Source: Podarcis melisellensis (taxonomy: Eukaryota). Taken from it: a stretch of 64,000 nucleotides of DNA. The translations under genes were made by a program, and so were the position numbers. Numbering within the stretch: the first letter of the stretch is position 1; each line of letters begins with the position of its first letter. A model generated the notes under the pieces. The model was not told where the DNA came from. It ran no database searches and saw nothing but the letters and a program-made list of their open reading frames with translations. The DNA lies in the NCBI GenBank assembly GCA_964234715.1, contig OZ174276.1. The stretch is one strand, 5' to 3'. This document shows positions 22,701-36,600 of the stretch, one piece after another.

Positions 22701-23668
22701 GCCACACCATACAGCCGTTGGTCACCCCATGCCTATTCAGCTTTGCAAAAGGCCTGGCACTCACCCAGCCAAATGAGTAAAACGTGCCTAGCTGTTTAAA
22801 AAGTGTGCTACAATAGCCATCTGCCAACGAAACTTCTGCATCCTTAAATAACTGGAACGTTACCGATGCGCTTGGCAACAGAGAATGGCTGCTCTTCCTT
22901 TGATATATTATCCAGTATGCGTAGCAGGTCACAGCAGGTGTGTCACATGTGTGATGCTCCTCATACGTTCAGACACCTTTTTTTTTTTTTTTGCTGCTGA
23001 AATACACCTGGTGCATGCCAGAAATACTGCAGCTGCCACCTGCTACATACCAGGGCCATTTAGCAGCTGTCAAATATTTAATGATTCAGGCTGAATGGTT
23101 GCATTGCCCAGGAGATACACAACTTCAATATAAAGAAGATGAAGAGAGCCCCACGCCTATCCCTATGGTTTCTGCAAAGGAGAATCCTGCCTACTGAGGC
23201 AATTGAATCTGAACAGTGAGAAAAGCCGTAGAGCTTTAAATTAGCAGGTAGATGCCTTTGTGCCTGAGCAACATCAGTATTGCAAACCTAACGCTGTGAG
23301 CCACAATTGCAAAATGTCTCTTGCCGTAGCCCAAAGCTCCTCTTCTGTAGCCTCATATATTTCATTTATAGGGACAAGGACAGCAGTGAATTTGCCATTC
23401 ATTAAAAACAAATAATATCTTTCTTGGGTAAATGTTTCTCATAGAAGTGCTGCTTTGCTTTCCCTTTAATATGGTTCCCAGTGATAAATGCAACTTGTAA
23501 GGATGATTAAGACATTTCATTATGTTTTAATGTGTCTTTAGGCCTGTGCCTGGTAGTAACAGCCATTGCCACTCTCCCTCCCCAAAACAGCTTGATGATG
23601 CATTACTTACACAGAGAAAGCTCCATTGGAGAGGGGCACTCAGTCACAGTAGGAGCATCTGTGTTTGT

Positions 23669-23669
<1 letters not shown>

Positions 23670-23707
<38 letters not shown>
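23670..23707. repeat. (CA)n microsatellite
   Basis: Direct reading. Confidence 0.95.
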
Positions 23708-23708
<1 letters not shown>

Positions 23709-25416
23709 CCTGCCTGCAGCTGTAATGGAAGGCAGTGTTTGAAGGCAAATCCACAGTAACATCAGCAGAGATGCTCACAATGTGAAGGCCTAGCAATCTT
23801 GAGATGCACTGTGAGGTCAAACCTCAGGCACAAAAGAAGGAAAGGCCAGTTGACCGGCACCACAACCACATCACACATTTCGATTTCTTTATTTATAACC
23901 TGTTCTCATGTTGCATAAAAATAGTGAGACAAATGCATCTGCGAGCAGGTCTGCTACTTAGGGTGAGTGAGCTGGGATGCTGCTTGCTGTCAGCGTCAAA
24001 TGTGAGGATGTTGCCACACGGAAGCAGTCCTCAGAGGGAAAGGGAGCAGCAGAAACATCTGCAGAAAGGAGATAGTGTCAGAGAAGGAATTATCCACAAC
24101 CAGGGCTGTGCATCTTGTGCTTAAATAAGGAGAATATCCCACACTAAGATAATTAAAATTCCGTGTCAAGACAATCTCAGTTCTGCAACCAGAATAAATT
24201 GCATGGATCAAGCAAATTCGCAAGACTGTTCTTTTTTCTGTAATTTATTCCATTTTTGCTAGTTACAGAGCAGGGCAAGGAGACATGCCGGAAGACCCGC
24301 AAGTCCTGGCACTGTGCTAATAAAAAATCTTACTCAAGCCCCACCACTCTGGCTTCTGATATGTCAGTAGACATCGCCTACACACTTCAAGGCATATTGT
24401 GAGAGTTGGAAACACTCTGATTAATGAAAGAAAAGACTCTCAAGAAGCTGAGTTCTGTGCCCAGCGCCACAATCTGTGGGTTTTGTCATGGAATCAAGGG
24501 CCCAAACACACCCAGCTCCTCTTGTGGCACATGCAGTCTTAAAGTGGGCATTTCCTTGATTCAGGCTGGGGTGCAAAATCCCACCCCTTCACTCAACTAA
24601 ATTTCTTTGAGTACTCAAGCTCATTGATCCCTCTGGTGCATACGTGAGTGAGGCAGAGTTAGGAATGTAGAATTTTAAGTCACAGGAATTGGTACATGAA
24701 TGCATACCATGCAACTGTCCCGTTTTCAGCAGGACATCCTGGATTTACAGAAGCTGCTCTGGTTTCTGAGCCCAATCCCAGAAGGTTTCGGCCCATGTGC
24801 TCTGGACCAAAAGATGCAGACTTTTTGATTTTGCGCTGTAGTACGAGCATCGGACCCCCCCCCAAAAAAAACAGAAATGAAAGACATGCCATCTAACCTT
24901 TTCATTGTTCATCAACCACTCTTCTTTCTCCTTCTGCTGGAAGTGGCAGCATCAGGCAAAGGTGTGAAGGAGGGAGACAAGAGAGGGGGGCAGGGTGTGA
25001 GAGAGGGTGTGTGGCTTCTGTTGAGGTAGTGTCCCAACTTGCCTCACTCTGGTGTTGGAGGGTATGTGAATGGGCTAACCTGCCTTCGGTTCTAAGCTGC
25101 AACATTGCATGTAGCTACTATTTGCTTCCTCCGTGTAAATGAATGTGCATTATCTCTAGGTCCTAGATTCTGGCACAAACTCAGACATGCCCTGCTCTAT
25201 GTCTCAAACCAAGAAACCATTCCTAAATCATGCTATGTCCCTGAGTCAATTTCACAGGCTGGTTTCTTATACATAGAGGGTGAGATCTAATTACATCCAG
25301 CTGCAGGTCCAAGAGGGATTCTGCTAGAGGAATTCCAGTATCCAGCCCCCAACCCCTGTCTCTTGCATCCCACCCTCCAGTTCTGCTCTGGACAGCCCCC
25401 AAAACCTCTGGAGTAG

Positions 25417-25454
<38 letters not shown>

Positions 25455-25815
25455 TTATTTGTAATTTTCATTTATATACATTACAACAATAATTCAACTA
25501 TAATTCTAACATTTCGAACCTTGACTTCCTTTCCTCTCTTTCTGTGGTTCCTTGCATTTATTTTCATCATTTCCTGCATACTTTAAATTATCTTAACTTT
25601 TTCTTTTATTCATCTATGTCTCATATATGTTTTTTTTTGAAACTGCAGGTTTTTACAGTGCTCCTGCCAATGTCTTGATCTGTTTGCAATTTGAAGATAT
25701 TCAATAAACCATTTCCATTCCTTTCTAAGAAGGTTGTTGTTTTGATTTCTTATTCCTCTGGTAAGTTTCGCCATTTCTGCATATTCCATTAATTTCTGTA
25801 GCCATTCTTCTCTGC
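25417..25815 (-). mobile_element. L1 3' fragment (copy C) with (TA)n tail
   Basis: 12-bp TSD cctctggagtag at 25405-25416 and 25816-25827; encodes EEWLQKLMEYAEMAKLT..EWKWFIEYL, like the ORF2 C-terminus; AATAAA at 25454-25459 (minus). Confidence 0.88.
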
Positions 25816-26229
25816 CCTCTGGAGTAGATTTTGGGGCTATGCAGGGGCTACAGTGGGGAGAGAAGGATGGAGAAGCCCCATTGCTCTCATTGATGTCTGC
25901 TTGTGCTACATTGGATCTTGCTGTGTTTGGATAGGAATTTGTCTCTCTGCAGCCATGAATGCATGGAGAAAGGGGCAGAAAGACTTGTGCATGCTTGACA
26001 TTCCTAAAAGAGCCTTCACGTGTAGCACTGTGTGTTCAGAGGTCTCTCTCCACATGACTGAGAACTAGCTTTTCTTCCTATGCAAAATAGATTAAGAGGC
26101 AGTGATGCAGCTAGGTAATGTTTGATTCTGGATTTAATAGTTTTATGGCCCCTGTCCTTCTCTAGATGATAACACGTATTCCTTCACTTACTTCAGAATG
26201 CAGTATGCCCAGTGGGGAGAAATATGTGA

Positions 26230-26618
26230 GGGGGAGAAATTCAGTTTGCATTTAAAGGTGAACCTACATAACTTGCACTCTCTAAAACAATTAGACAACC
26301 AAAACACAGACATCCTTTGAATTTTGCACGTCTCCTGCCAAGTACTACAAACAAAAATACATGTACTAGGGTAAACTGTACATAAAAATACATGTGCTCA
26401 TGAACATGACATACAGAAACACATCATTTTAGGGAAATGTATATATTCAGTAAAATTGCATTAAGATGTGTAGATTAGGAGGAATTCATGATAAAATGCT
26501 GACGAATTTTCACGAGGACTTAAAAAAAAACTACCCACAAGCTAATGTGGAAAGCTGAACTTAAAACTGGAAAAATACGAAAGAGAGAAATTGAAATTGA
26601 CATACACACCCATCCTTA
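26230..26618. mobile_element. Degraded non-autonomous DNA-transposon-like repeat
   Basis: Ends in cccatcctta, similar to hAT-type TAGGGATG termini; family not determined. Confidence 0.35.
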
Positions 26619-27635
26619 CAGGATGGGCCCCATCCTGCCCGCTTGCCTCAAAGTCCTGCCTCGATGGTACCTCTGTTTGCAGCAGCCAAAGGTTTTAAAT
26701 CCTTTGCTAAGCTGCTGTCTTTTTTTTTTGGCAATGTTTACTCATATTTCACAGCTGTTCTGACATCCGCTTGTACAGAAGGCACTTGGTGTGTTAAGTG
26801 CTGTAATAGATCGACAAACTACATGCTCCTGTCTCCAACTGGGGTGGGCTCCTTCTCCCCTCAGCCGTGACCTTGAGTAAGGGGACAAGTTGCTAAATTC
26901 CCATGTAGCTGCTATTTCGGCTGGTGAGCCATATGGCCTTTCTAACAGCAGAGGCTCAACCTGTCAAGATTCAACCCATTCAGAAAGCAAGGCAAGGGAC
27001 CTGGGATAAGAAAGAACCAAGAGAAATTGCCGTTCCGTAGCACCATGCTCACAGTGGGATTCATTATTTCAGTGGGGGAGGGAATTAACCTTCTCTCTGC
27101 CCCCTGAAGTCTTGCGTCAGCATTTTCTGGATCAATCTTTTACAGTGATAACAGTGAGCGAACACCAGGTGCGTGTAAAATTAGGGCAAATTTGTGTTTT
27201 TTAAAAAAGGACCATCCTGTGTAATGAGGAACTAATGCACACGTGTCTCTAGCCAGGTCCTTGGTAAAAGCTCCCCCTCCCTAATAACCCTTACTATAGC
27301 AAAACTGGAACATATTAAAGGAATAAAAATGATCTGTTTGTAGGTGCCTTTCTTTTGTAGGTGAATAAACCATTGTTTAAAATGTGGCTGATTTTGTTGG
27401 CCACAAGTGATGGAAAAGGCAGCTGTTATCATGCTCTTTCTCATGCTGTTTTGTTCAAGTGTCAAGTGCTATTGGATAGGCGGGCAGGGAATTGGGTTAG
27501 GGGACCCATTTTTCCACCCTACACAGATGATAATTGCATAATGAGACTAGACCATTAAGTTCATTCAGTGCAAGTATTGTGGGGCTGATTGAGCTTTATT
27601 CACACCATTAATCCATGCAAGCTTCCTGTGTGCAT

Positions 27636-28062
27636 GTTGTTGTTTAGTCGTTTAGTCGTGTCCGACTCTTCGTGACCCCATGGACCAGAGCATGCCAGGC
27701 ACTTCTGTCTTCCAAGGCCTCCCGCAGTTTGGTCAAACTCATGCTGGTAGCTTCAAAGACACTATCCAACCATCTCGTCCTCTGTCGTCCCCTTCTCCTT
27801 GTGCCCTCAATCTTTCCCAACATCAGGGTCTTTCCCAGGGAGTCTTCTCTTCTCATGAGGTGGCCAAAGTATTGGAGCCTCAGCTTCACGATCTGTCCTT
27901 CTAGTGAGCACTCAGGGCTGATTTCCTTAAGAATGGAGAGGTTTGATCTTCTTGCAGTCCATGGGACTCTCAAGAATCTCCTCCAGCACCATAATTCAAA
28001 AGCATCAATTCTTCAGCGATTAGCCTTCTTTATGGTTCAGCTTTCACTTCCGTACATCACTA
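27636..28062 (-). mobile_element. RTE-BovB LINE 3' fragment
   Basis: ORF 27644..27973 (RVPWTARRSN...YFGHLMRR...GRQRTRWLD...VTKSRTRL) is the typical BovB C-terminus; (CAA)n tail; 12-bp TSD tcctgtgtgcat at 27624-27635 and 28063-28074. Confidence 0.93.
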
Positions 28063-28662
28063 TCCTGTGTGCATAGCTTTCTGCTTATGGGAGGGCTACT
28101 GATGAGTGTGTGTGTGGCCCAAGACACTTGGCTGCCTGAAGCAGAATAGCAAATGGCAGTGCTTCCCCAATATATATATAGGCACCATTTTCTGTTCTGC
28201 CCAGTTTCCACATGCAGCACTGTTTCTCTTCTGCTGCAGTTCAACTTCTGCCAAAAACTACATTATTCGCCTCACCTTCTGCCATGGCAAAATTATGCAA
28301 CTGATGTTTATTCCTGCAACTAATTACATAAATTAGATTTTCCCATTTCCACAATGCCATTGGGGAAATAAAACATAATTAATTACGTAGCATTTGCAGC
28401 CTGAAAGCAGCAACAGCAAATACCGATCGTAATTGTTGCATTGTTTTCCATTGCATACCTGGGACAAATAAGTGATCATTGGTGATTTCCAGTCCCATAT
28501 TGGTTGGAATTCTCACCTCCCTACATCTAAAGGTGCACATCCTAGTCAACATATTTTGGTATTTGCAGTGGAAATACCCATGAGCACATCTTCTTGAAGT
28601 AAAAATAAATAGGTTGTCATGAAATCAGCTGCACAAGACAACCACCTCACTCACCTTAATGA

Positions 28663-28664
<2 letters not shown>

Positions 28665-28702
<38 letters not shown>
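28665..28702. repeat. (GT)n microsatellite
   Basis: Direct reading. Confidence 0.95.
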
Positions 28703-28704
<2 letters not shown>

Positions 28705-30369
28705 TTTAAACCCTCTTCAATCTAGGAAGCAAACTAGCTTAGGAGTATCACTTCTTACTGTGGCTTATGGAGTTCCATCTTGCCAGAGTTAAGATGCATT
28801 TTCAGTTCATATGAAAACAGTAGAATTGCCAGGAAGGGTGAAGATTCGGCATGAGAGCATTGCTCAGGTAGGTAGGAGGATGCAAGCATGTTGTGCCCAT
28901 TCATTGTGGTGCCATTGACTGGTCTATTGAATGAGCTCTCTTCTTCCTCTTCTGATGGTAGGACGAAAGAATGAGTCAATTCCAGCAGGGGAAGCTGTGT
29001 GTTCCTGTGGGATGACTCACGGTAGAGTCAGACTTGACATTAATTTCACTAATGACTGCAATTGTCACATAACTAGCGTGGAGACATGAGGATGCCATCT
29101 TTATGGCCCATCCAACTATTTTTTTTTTAACCACTTTTAGATCATGTAAGCAATGTACCTCAAGCACCTTATCCTTGAGGGTTAAAGGTCTTCCTTGGAG
29201 GCAGGCATTCATTGCAGAGGAAATAATGAAGGAAAAACAAGGGATCTAAGCTTCAATTAGTTTAAACTGGTAGATTAATGATCTAAATCCTTAGTGGAGT
29301 AAAAGTTGATTTTCCTTCACAATTTTCACTGCAAGGGAAAATTTTAATTGGTGAGGTTGAGAGCGAAGAGCACATTTGTTTATACTTTGAGGCTAAAATT
29401 GGTTCTGCAGTGCCCCTGGAACAGCAAATGGAAAAAAGGGAGGGAAAATAATGCAAAAGATTAAAGATAGCCATTCCTCCCCGCAACCCTTGAGTGGTAA
29501 CTTTTGTTTATTAAATTGTTAAGTTATCTCACACAACTTTCTTCTGAAAAACACATCTATATTAAGGTGATGGTAATATGGAAATGTATTTAAATTTAAT
29601 CAGTTAATTAACCAATTAATTGGTTTAAAAGCATATGATTAATCAACTAGAATTATTTAATCAGTTGACAGCCCTAGAGTAAAGTGATAGGAGCTGTTCT
29701 GTGGCAGAGTTGCAGGCATCTGAACGAGGGGAGAAGGATAAGGAAGCTGCAGTCATGGGCTTGTGTGTGTATGTTTTTTTATTGTATCTGGGACATGTAT
29801 TTAAAAACGAGTTTGAGTGGGGGAGATGTGTAAGCTCTGGATCTGGAACTACCATATCCTTGGATCTGGGTAATTTTTTAAGCCGCTCAAGGGCAGGGTA
29901 AGATGGTTTGAGCAAAAACAATGTTAACTGATTTACAGACTCCCTGGACTTGCTAACAGAAGCATGATAACATGGCGATCACTACACATTTCAGGCCAGA
30001 CCACCAGAGCCAGGCATTACTGTACTGGAGTTTAGACTGGTAAAGTATATTTTCCCGTTTAGATTTCCTGATGAAACTGGAAAGACTGGGACAGAGCAGG
30101 CAGAGCAGGCAAAGGTGCAAGGTCAGGCTCCTAATACAGATGCTACATTTAATCCCTGGGATCTTCAGTCATGGCTGTGGGATATCCCTGTCTGAAATCT
30201 ACAAGAGCTGTTGCCAGTCAGTGTCCACAAACCTGAGCCAGGTAGGTCAATAGTCTGACTCGGTGTAAGCAGCTTCCTATGTGGCTCCATTCCTTGGCAT
30301 CCAACCCTTCATTATAAACAGCTCGCTTGGTTAAATGCACAGCCTCATGTTCACTCATAGGCGAAGTTC

Positions 30370-30455
30370 TTTAGCTCAGTGGTAGAGCACCTGTTTTGCA
30401 CGCAGAAAGTCCCAGGTTCAGTCTCTGGCATCTGCAGGTAGGGGTGCCAGTCAGT
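30370..30455 (+). mobile_element. tRNA-Ala-derived SINE head (related degraded copies near 30115-30280, 34612-34725, 45380-45490 minus, 56605-56770)
   Basis: tagctcagtggtagagc A box, ttgca anticodon loop, ggttca B box, followed by the ctgccagtcag body; not an intact tRNA cloverleaf. Confidence 0.7.
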
Positions 30456-31779
30456 GCACAGCTGCTGCCAGTCATGGTGACCTCCAGATATTGGACTACA
30501 ACTCTCATCATCCCAGATGCTGGCTGGAGCTGATGGGAGCTAGAGCCCAACAATGTTTTCAGGGCACCATGTTGGCCACCCCGGTGGAGACAAGACTGAG
30601 CTGGATGGATTGGTCTGAGTCATCCTCAGCCCACCAGTTCCAAGTTCAAGTCCTGGAGTCCACGACAAAATGAATGTAGTAGTTTAAGAAGCAGCTTAAC
30701 GGTCAGCGTGTCAGGTGGTAGGTGCTCACAAACAAAGGACATCGCCACAAGTAGTTACGACAACAATAGTTGCCAGGCTTTATAATTATTATAATTTTGC
30801 TATAATTATACGAGTTGCTGGAATTCGTGGATGCAGAGCTTTCCCCAGGGTGCCTAATGAAGGCGCATCTCCCCAGACCCTTTTATTCCTTGTATTGTTG
30901 TCCTCCCCTCCTCACAGCTGTTGTTCTAAAACGTTAAGTTCTAGGTCTCTCTCACTGTCTGTTTCCTCACAGCTACATCGTGCAATTACTCCTCCCTTCT
31001 CATTTTCCCCTTGCAACGTGAGTTGGCTCCCACAGACGGGCCTATCTAACTAACCCTTGAGAACAAAGCACTAAGGACAGACAATGCAAGACCCTGAATT
31101 TGAGGGAGAGAAGGCTCAAAGCAGGGCCTTCATCCAATTCTTCAGAGAGTGGTTTTAATTTTTTTTTTTAAGGAAGGGAAAGGAAAGGAAAGTGGTAGAC
31201 ACTGAATGTGTATGTGTGTGTGTGTACATGCACACACATATACATGTCCACATCCCTAATTTGCATGGGTTTAATGCTAACACCTATAATAGCTTAATTG
31301 TCAGGGAAATATATCCCCCTATTGCAGAATAGCTTGTTAGAGATATGCATTTAAACTGGGGGTAGGAGGGAGGGAGGGAGCGAGAACCCTACAGCTGAAA
31401 TTGATAATACATCCCTCACTCAAAACATTGTCTCCCAATCACCATGGTTACTGCCAGGTTTTCCGCAATGGCCCAGCATATTCATCTGTCAAGTATGCTA
31501 ATGGAGAATGGACCCTGTCACACAAAGGAGCAGGCTATTCAAACACACACTTGGCAAATAATTGTACATGTCAAAAGAAAGATGCTTGTTATTTGCCTAA
31601 TATTATCCCCCAGAAGTGCGAAATAGTTCAGCTCTCAATGCAAAATGGCTTGCCCTTATCAACTTGGCAATTTGCTGATAATTTAGACTATTACGTATCT
31701 TGGGGTGGCCAGGCAGAGAAGGAGTGGGGGGGGGGAGGTTTGGCACGATAAGTGGCCTTTTATAATTTTGCTGAAAAGC

Positions 31780-32763
31780 AAACAGGGGCATTAAGAGCAC
31801 TGGAGGTTGTTGTAACAAGGAGCATCATGGGACGTGCTGCCAGCCAATCAGTAGGATTGCTAATGGAACCCCATTTCACCTCTGTCAGGTAGCTCTTGAT
31901 GGGTGGTTAATTATAATTTAGAAGAAACAGTTTTCTCAACTGCATTTTTATTGCTATTTGTCTTCATGATGGGCCAATTTCCAATTTGTCTATTTCGGTA
32001 ATTAAGTCAAAGAAAAATGTTCTCTCTGAATTCCTCTATGCTTCTAAGCTCCTGGTGCTAGCAGCTGGAGGCGCCAAGGCTATTCTTCCTTCCTTTCCCA
32101 GAATTGTTTTGCTTTCAAGGTAACGGAGCAACATTTCCCTCTCCCATTTTCTCTTGGGATATTCATCTCAAACCACCTTAGGGAAGGAAAGGAGGGTGGA
32201 AACCCAGATGGCTCATGCAGCAGAGGTGGTAACTGTCCAGGTCTCCTGTTGGATCGCACAGAGGCTGGCACTGGGCAAGACAGCTCTCTTCCAAAGTTTC
32301 CCTGTTCTCCTCTCCAATGCACCATGAGCCTCGCTTGCAGCACCCCTTGTTATTCAAATTCCATTTGCAAACTGCAAATCTGCCAGGGTTCATGAGTGTC
32401 TCCCTGCAGCTCTGCCTGCTATGTCGGTTCCTTCCCACCCCCCTGCTGCTCTGCCAAATCGTCTCAATCACAACCCGAAGCACCTACTTCTCTTTTAATC
32501 CTGCATCACACCTGTATCCCAATACCTAAAAAATAAATAAATACCCACACCAGTCCCTATTCTGTTGATCCACTTTCCATCTTTCATTCTGCCAGTGCAG
32601 CTCCCTGCGGCAAGCCCTGCATCTTCCGATCTGTTTTGCTTTTGAACATACTCTCCCCGCCCCCACTAGGAAGAATATAACTGTGTGTGGGTAGATTTAA
32701 CACCAGTAGGAGAGGGCTGAGAGACTCGCAAGAGAACCAGGGTGCCTGCACCGCTTCACAAAG
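31780..32763 (+). promoter_or_regulatory. Candidate host promoter and non-coding first exon
   Basis: Repeat-free stretch with CCAAT box (agccaatcag, about 31842), GC box ccccgccccc (about 32655) and donor AAG|GTAACG at 32763/32764. Gene not identified. Confidence 0.3.
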
Positions 32764-32949
32764 GTAACGTTTTTATGTTTGTGAAAAGGAGGCAGGTATG
32801 GGTCTGGATTGGCCCCATTTAAGTGCCTGCCCTATCCTTAGTCATAGGAACTGCACCCTTCTCCCTGCCCCTGTGGTAGCATTAGGAACAGGACTCTACC
32901 AGATAGCCACTAACATATTCAGGTTAACTGGATGAAATGTTTCGGGATG

Positions 32950-32950
32950 G

Positions 32951-33012
<62 letters not shown>

Positions 33013-33028
33013 GGAGAGGGAGAGAGAG
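32950..33028. repeat. (GT)n(GA)n compound microsatellite
   Basis: Direct reading. Confidence 0.95.
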
Positions 33029-33391
33029 ATGGGATACCTTTAAGAATCTCAGTGGCCTTTGGAGCCTGGTTGTATGCTCAGCTTTACTGCTCCTTCAGAC
33101 CATTTCTCCACTGCCCAATTTCGTTAGGACTTCTTTCTCTTTTATTATTACTTACTAGTTTATATCTAGCTTAATGTCAGAATAGGCTCCTTCACTATAT
33201 GATCCGGGCCAAACAGAACTCTCAGCGTCATCAAAAAAACTATGGCTCCCAGAGTTCTTTGGGAGAAGCGATGACTGCTAAAAATGGTATGATGTGGTTT
33301 TAATAGTATAATGCAGGTGGGGCCTCTGGATACGTGTTCAGGTAGTAGGAGGAAACATCCTGAATGTCATGGCCCTCTTGTTGTTTCTATG

Positions 33392-33693
33392 GGCTTTTCA
33401 ACAATTACATTTCTTCTGCTCTTTCCAAGCATGGCCCGTGCTTTAAACTTCAGTGTCTGAGTGCCCTGAAGCTTTCCCCATGGAAACCCGCTCTTTAAAG
33501 CTCAATTGGAGCAGATGGCAATCTGTACCCAAATTGATGTTTGCTCCAATTGAGAGCTAAAGCGTAGGTTTTCATGGGGGGAAACTACGCAGGGGTGGGG
33601 TGGGGAATAAATCACACAAATGCTTGGACACTGAGTTTTTAAACATGGACCTGTGCCTGGAAAGAGGGGGCAAAACGTAAGTGTGGATAAGCT
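33392..33693. mobile_element. Palindromic MITE (Harbinger-like termini ggcttatccacactt); related copies at 43010-43315 and 62230-62324
   Basis: Long imperfect inverted repeat centred on ctttaaagctcaattggagca...tgctccaattgagagctaaag; the three copies share a (g)tgtggataagc end. Confidence 0.7.
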
Positions 33694-36600
33694 TGATGGG
33701 TCACCTTGCCATCATCACAGCACCACAAGACCTGGAGGCCTAGTTGCCTCAGCTACAAGGATGGATTCTCTCCTCCTGAGACCCACACTGCTGGCCCTGT
33801 GTGAACACTCATGCCTCTGAAAAATGGGCAAAGGAGTATTCATAAGATGCACCTCTTGTTTCAGCTGATCTCTGATTCAGAGGTGACCTTGTGATTGACA
33901 TGACCAACTGTGGGTTGGAGAGAGGCTTCTGGCGGAGGAGCTCAGGCTGCCAAGCAGGTGGAATTGGGATAACAGCTTGGTAGGGATTCCCTCTTTGCTT
34001 TTAGTTAGATTGCCAAGTGAATTAAATTAAAACAGCTGATTGGATTACCCTGATATCGTGGAGGCATTCACATTTTATCACTCCTGTTGTGGGAGGACTG
34101 TTTTGCATACTGAGTCCGGAAGACTCTCTCCTACAGCTTTTGAATCTTATTTGACATCTGCTGGAGGTTCATCTCAGTTGTTTGGATGGGTTTGTGGGGC
34201 TGATTCTCCCCGCCCCACTTAGTCACCCATACCCTTTTGGGGAATTTAAAAATATTTCTTCGCATTCATCTTTTAACATTTTTAGTGCTAGCTGTGCTTT
34301 TGAAGTCTAAAAAAATGGCATAAATATTAAAGGAAAGAAAGCATTCCCCACCCCCTCTGGAGCTAATAGGGCAGTTTATGAAGTGGTTATTCTCTCCCCT
34401 CCCTTTATCCAAAAATATGGGGTGATTTGAGGGCTGTGTATCGGCAGGGAAGTGGAGGTTTGGACTTCTCATATAATTTGGTGGGTATATCTGTACATAT
34501 ACCTTCACAACTCAAACATAACTCCCCTCACTATCCTGGCAAATATTAGTCTAAACTCTCCACAGGTGTCACAAACCACATTCCACAGACACCCCTCCTA
34601 AGCGGAAAGGCTTTGGCTCAGTGGTTGAGCATCAATTTTGTATGCAGAAGGTCTCAGGTTCAATTCCTAGCGTTTCCTGTGAGAAACTCTGGGGAGCTGC
34701 TGCCAGTTAGGCAATAGCCAATCTGGTCCAGCATCTTGTTCTGACAGTAGCTATCTCAAGGAGGTTCCAGCATTCCTGTACCACAGAATCCAGCGGGCTG
34801 ATTCTCCAGCACATAGCACATGGTACTACAAGAAGTCTATCTGACTGATGAGGCCAAGCTACAACTCTCAATGAGCCAACTCCAGTTCCCCTCCTCCGCC
34901 TCACCCCACCCTTGCATTTTGCTTATATGGAGTTTTATATCTGCCTCCCTCGCCATCATTTTGGATACACTCTGTCTGGCCTAAATGGCACGTGTGTGTT
35001 TTAAACTTTGAATATCTATGAAGAAGTTTGGGCCCCACGATTCTGCTTGGATCACTTTGGGGCAGCCTTGAAAGGCCCCCACTTTGTTCTGAACATGCCC
35101 CCTACCTCACCTCAGATTTGGATAGAGTGGTCACACAGCCCTAGCAAATATTCCCTACCCCCTCTCTGACTTCTCTGCTTGACAGTAACTCCAGAATGTG
35201 AGGTCATCTGGAGGTCTTGAGAACACTTCATCTTCCTTGGATTCCATTTTACGGTCGGCACTATTACTGAGATAATGGATGTGAAGTGCGGCAAATACCC
35301 CAAATGCACTATATAAATGCTAAGTATTATTTACCAGGCTGCTATAGCCATCACACAGAAAGAAAGCCTCAGTATGGGGTCCTCATTTCTTTATGAGAAA
35401 GGCTCCTTGCTGTTTTGTGTTGCTACTAGCACCCCCCACCCCCGTTGCCTCTTCTGATCCCAAAGATCTCACTGTCAGAACATACTGCTGTATGTAGGGA
35501 ATGGAGCTGTTGTTTCTAAACTCCATAGCTTCAGGGAATCCCTGTGTGAAGCAAAGGATTCTGGAAAGCAGTTTAGGATAGATGACATCAGAGGTATCCA
35601 ACAGGGTGTGGTTTGGATGTTGCCGGACTGTATCATCGATTGGTTGGTGGATTTTTAAAATTTCTTTACCGATTAATATATATATATAACATAACTCTAA
35701 GTGGCATACAGAAAACTGAAGCAACCACAGACAATTTAAACAAAATATTACAACAATGCACAGTTACATGTTTCATTAATACAAAATTACTAATACATAA
35801 AAATCAATTCATTTTCCTTCTGACACAACCCTCCCTCTGAGCCTCTGGGTTCTCACCCAGGATCCAAACATACTCTCAGCCCACCCACAAAAGTCTCACC
35901 ATGAGAAGAGTTCCTGGAAACAGCAGACATCACCCTAGTCTCTCACTCTAGACTTGCTTTTTATGGGCAGACTTCAAGGTGGATGCAGGTTTGTTGAGTT
36001 TTCCAGTGGGTCAAGAGGACGGGGAAAGGGCCCTTCTCTACTCACAGCTTTTTCTTCACCCTCTGTCCTCTCCTCTTCCTCTAGCTGCTGGCCATGCTGG
36101 CTGAGGCTGCTGGCAGCCAGTAGTCCAACAACATCTGGAGGGAACCACATTGACTACCCTTGTATTACACACTCAATCCATGTGGGTGCTGGCCAGGCTT
36201 GCCGGACCCTACCATTCCTTTGTGTGAAATGAGATGATATCTTAGGGCATGTCCCACACCCATGCAGCTGTGCATTTCAGAGGCCAGTATTTATTCTGCC
36301 CTGTACTGCCCTGCCTTAGGTTAGAGCTTCTATGTGGTCCTGAATGGCATCCTAGCCTGTTCTTGTTCCTTGGAGACAACCAGTCCCTGCAGGCTTCCTT
36401 TTAGGTCTGAGAAGAGATGCATTACTTCCAGGGAGCCTGAGATAACACAAAGCAATCATGTACTCAGTATGTGACATTATTTACTAGCTGTTGTTGCATT
36501 GCAATTTTGCTCGGTTCAGAATTCACATTGTTAACCTCCTGTGCATTGTGTTTCATACAACTAAGGAATGCATTTCATTTTCATAAATGGGGAATAGACT

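Noticed and set aside
30370-30440. tRNA-Ala gene
   Set aside because: The acceptor stem and B box are degenerate and the sequence continues into a SINE body; it is a SINE head.
35650-35840. Additional LINE 3' ends (also near 20310-20640 and 38340-38520)
   Set aside because: They look like AT-rich tails, but I found no TSD or ORF2 peptide, so they were left out of the L1 motif set.
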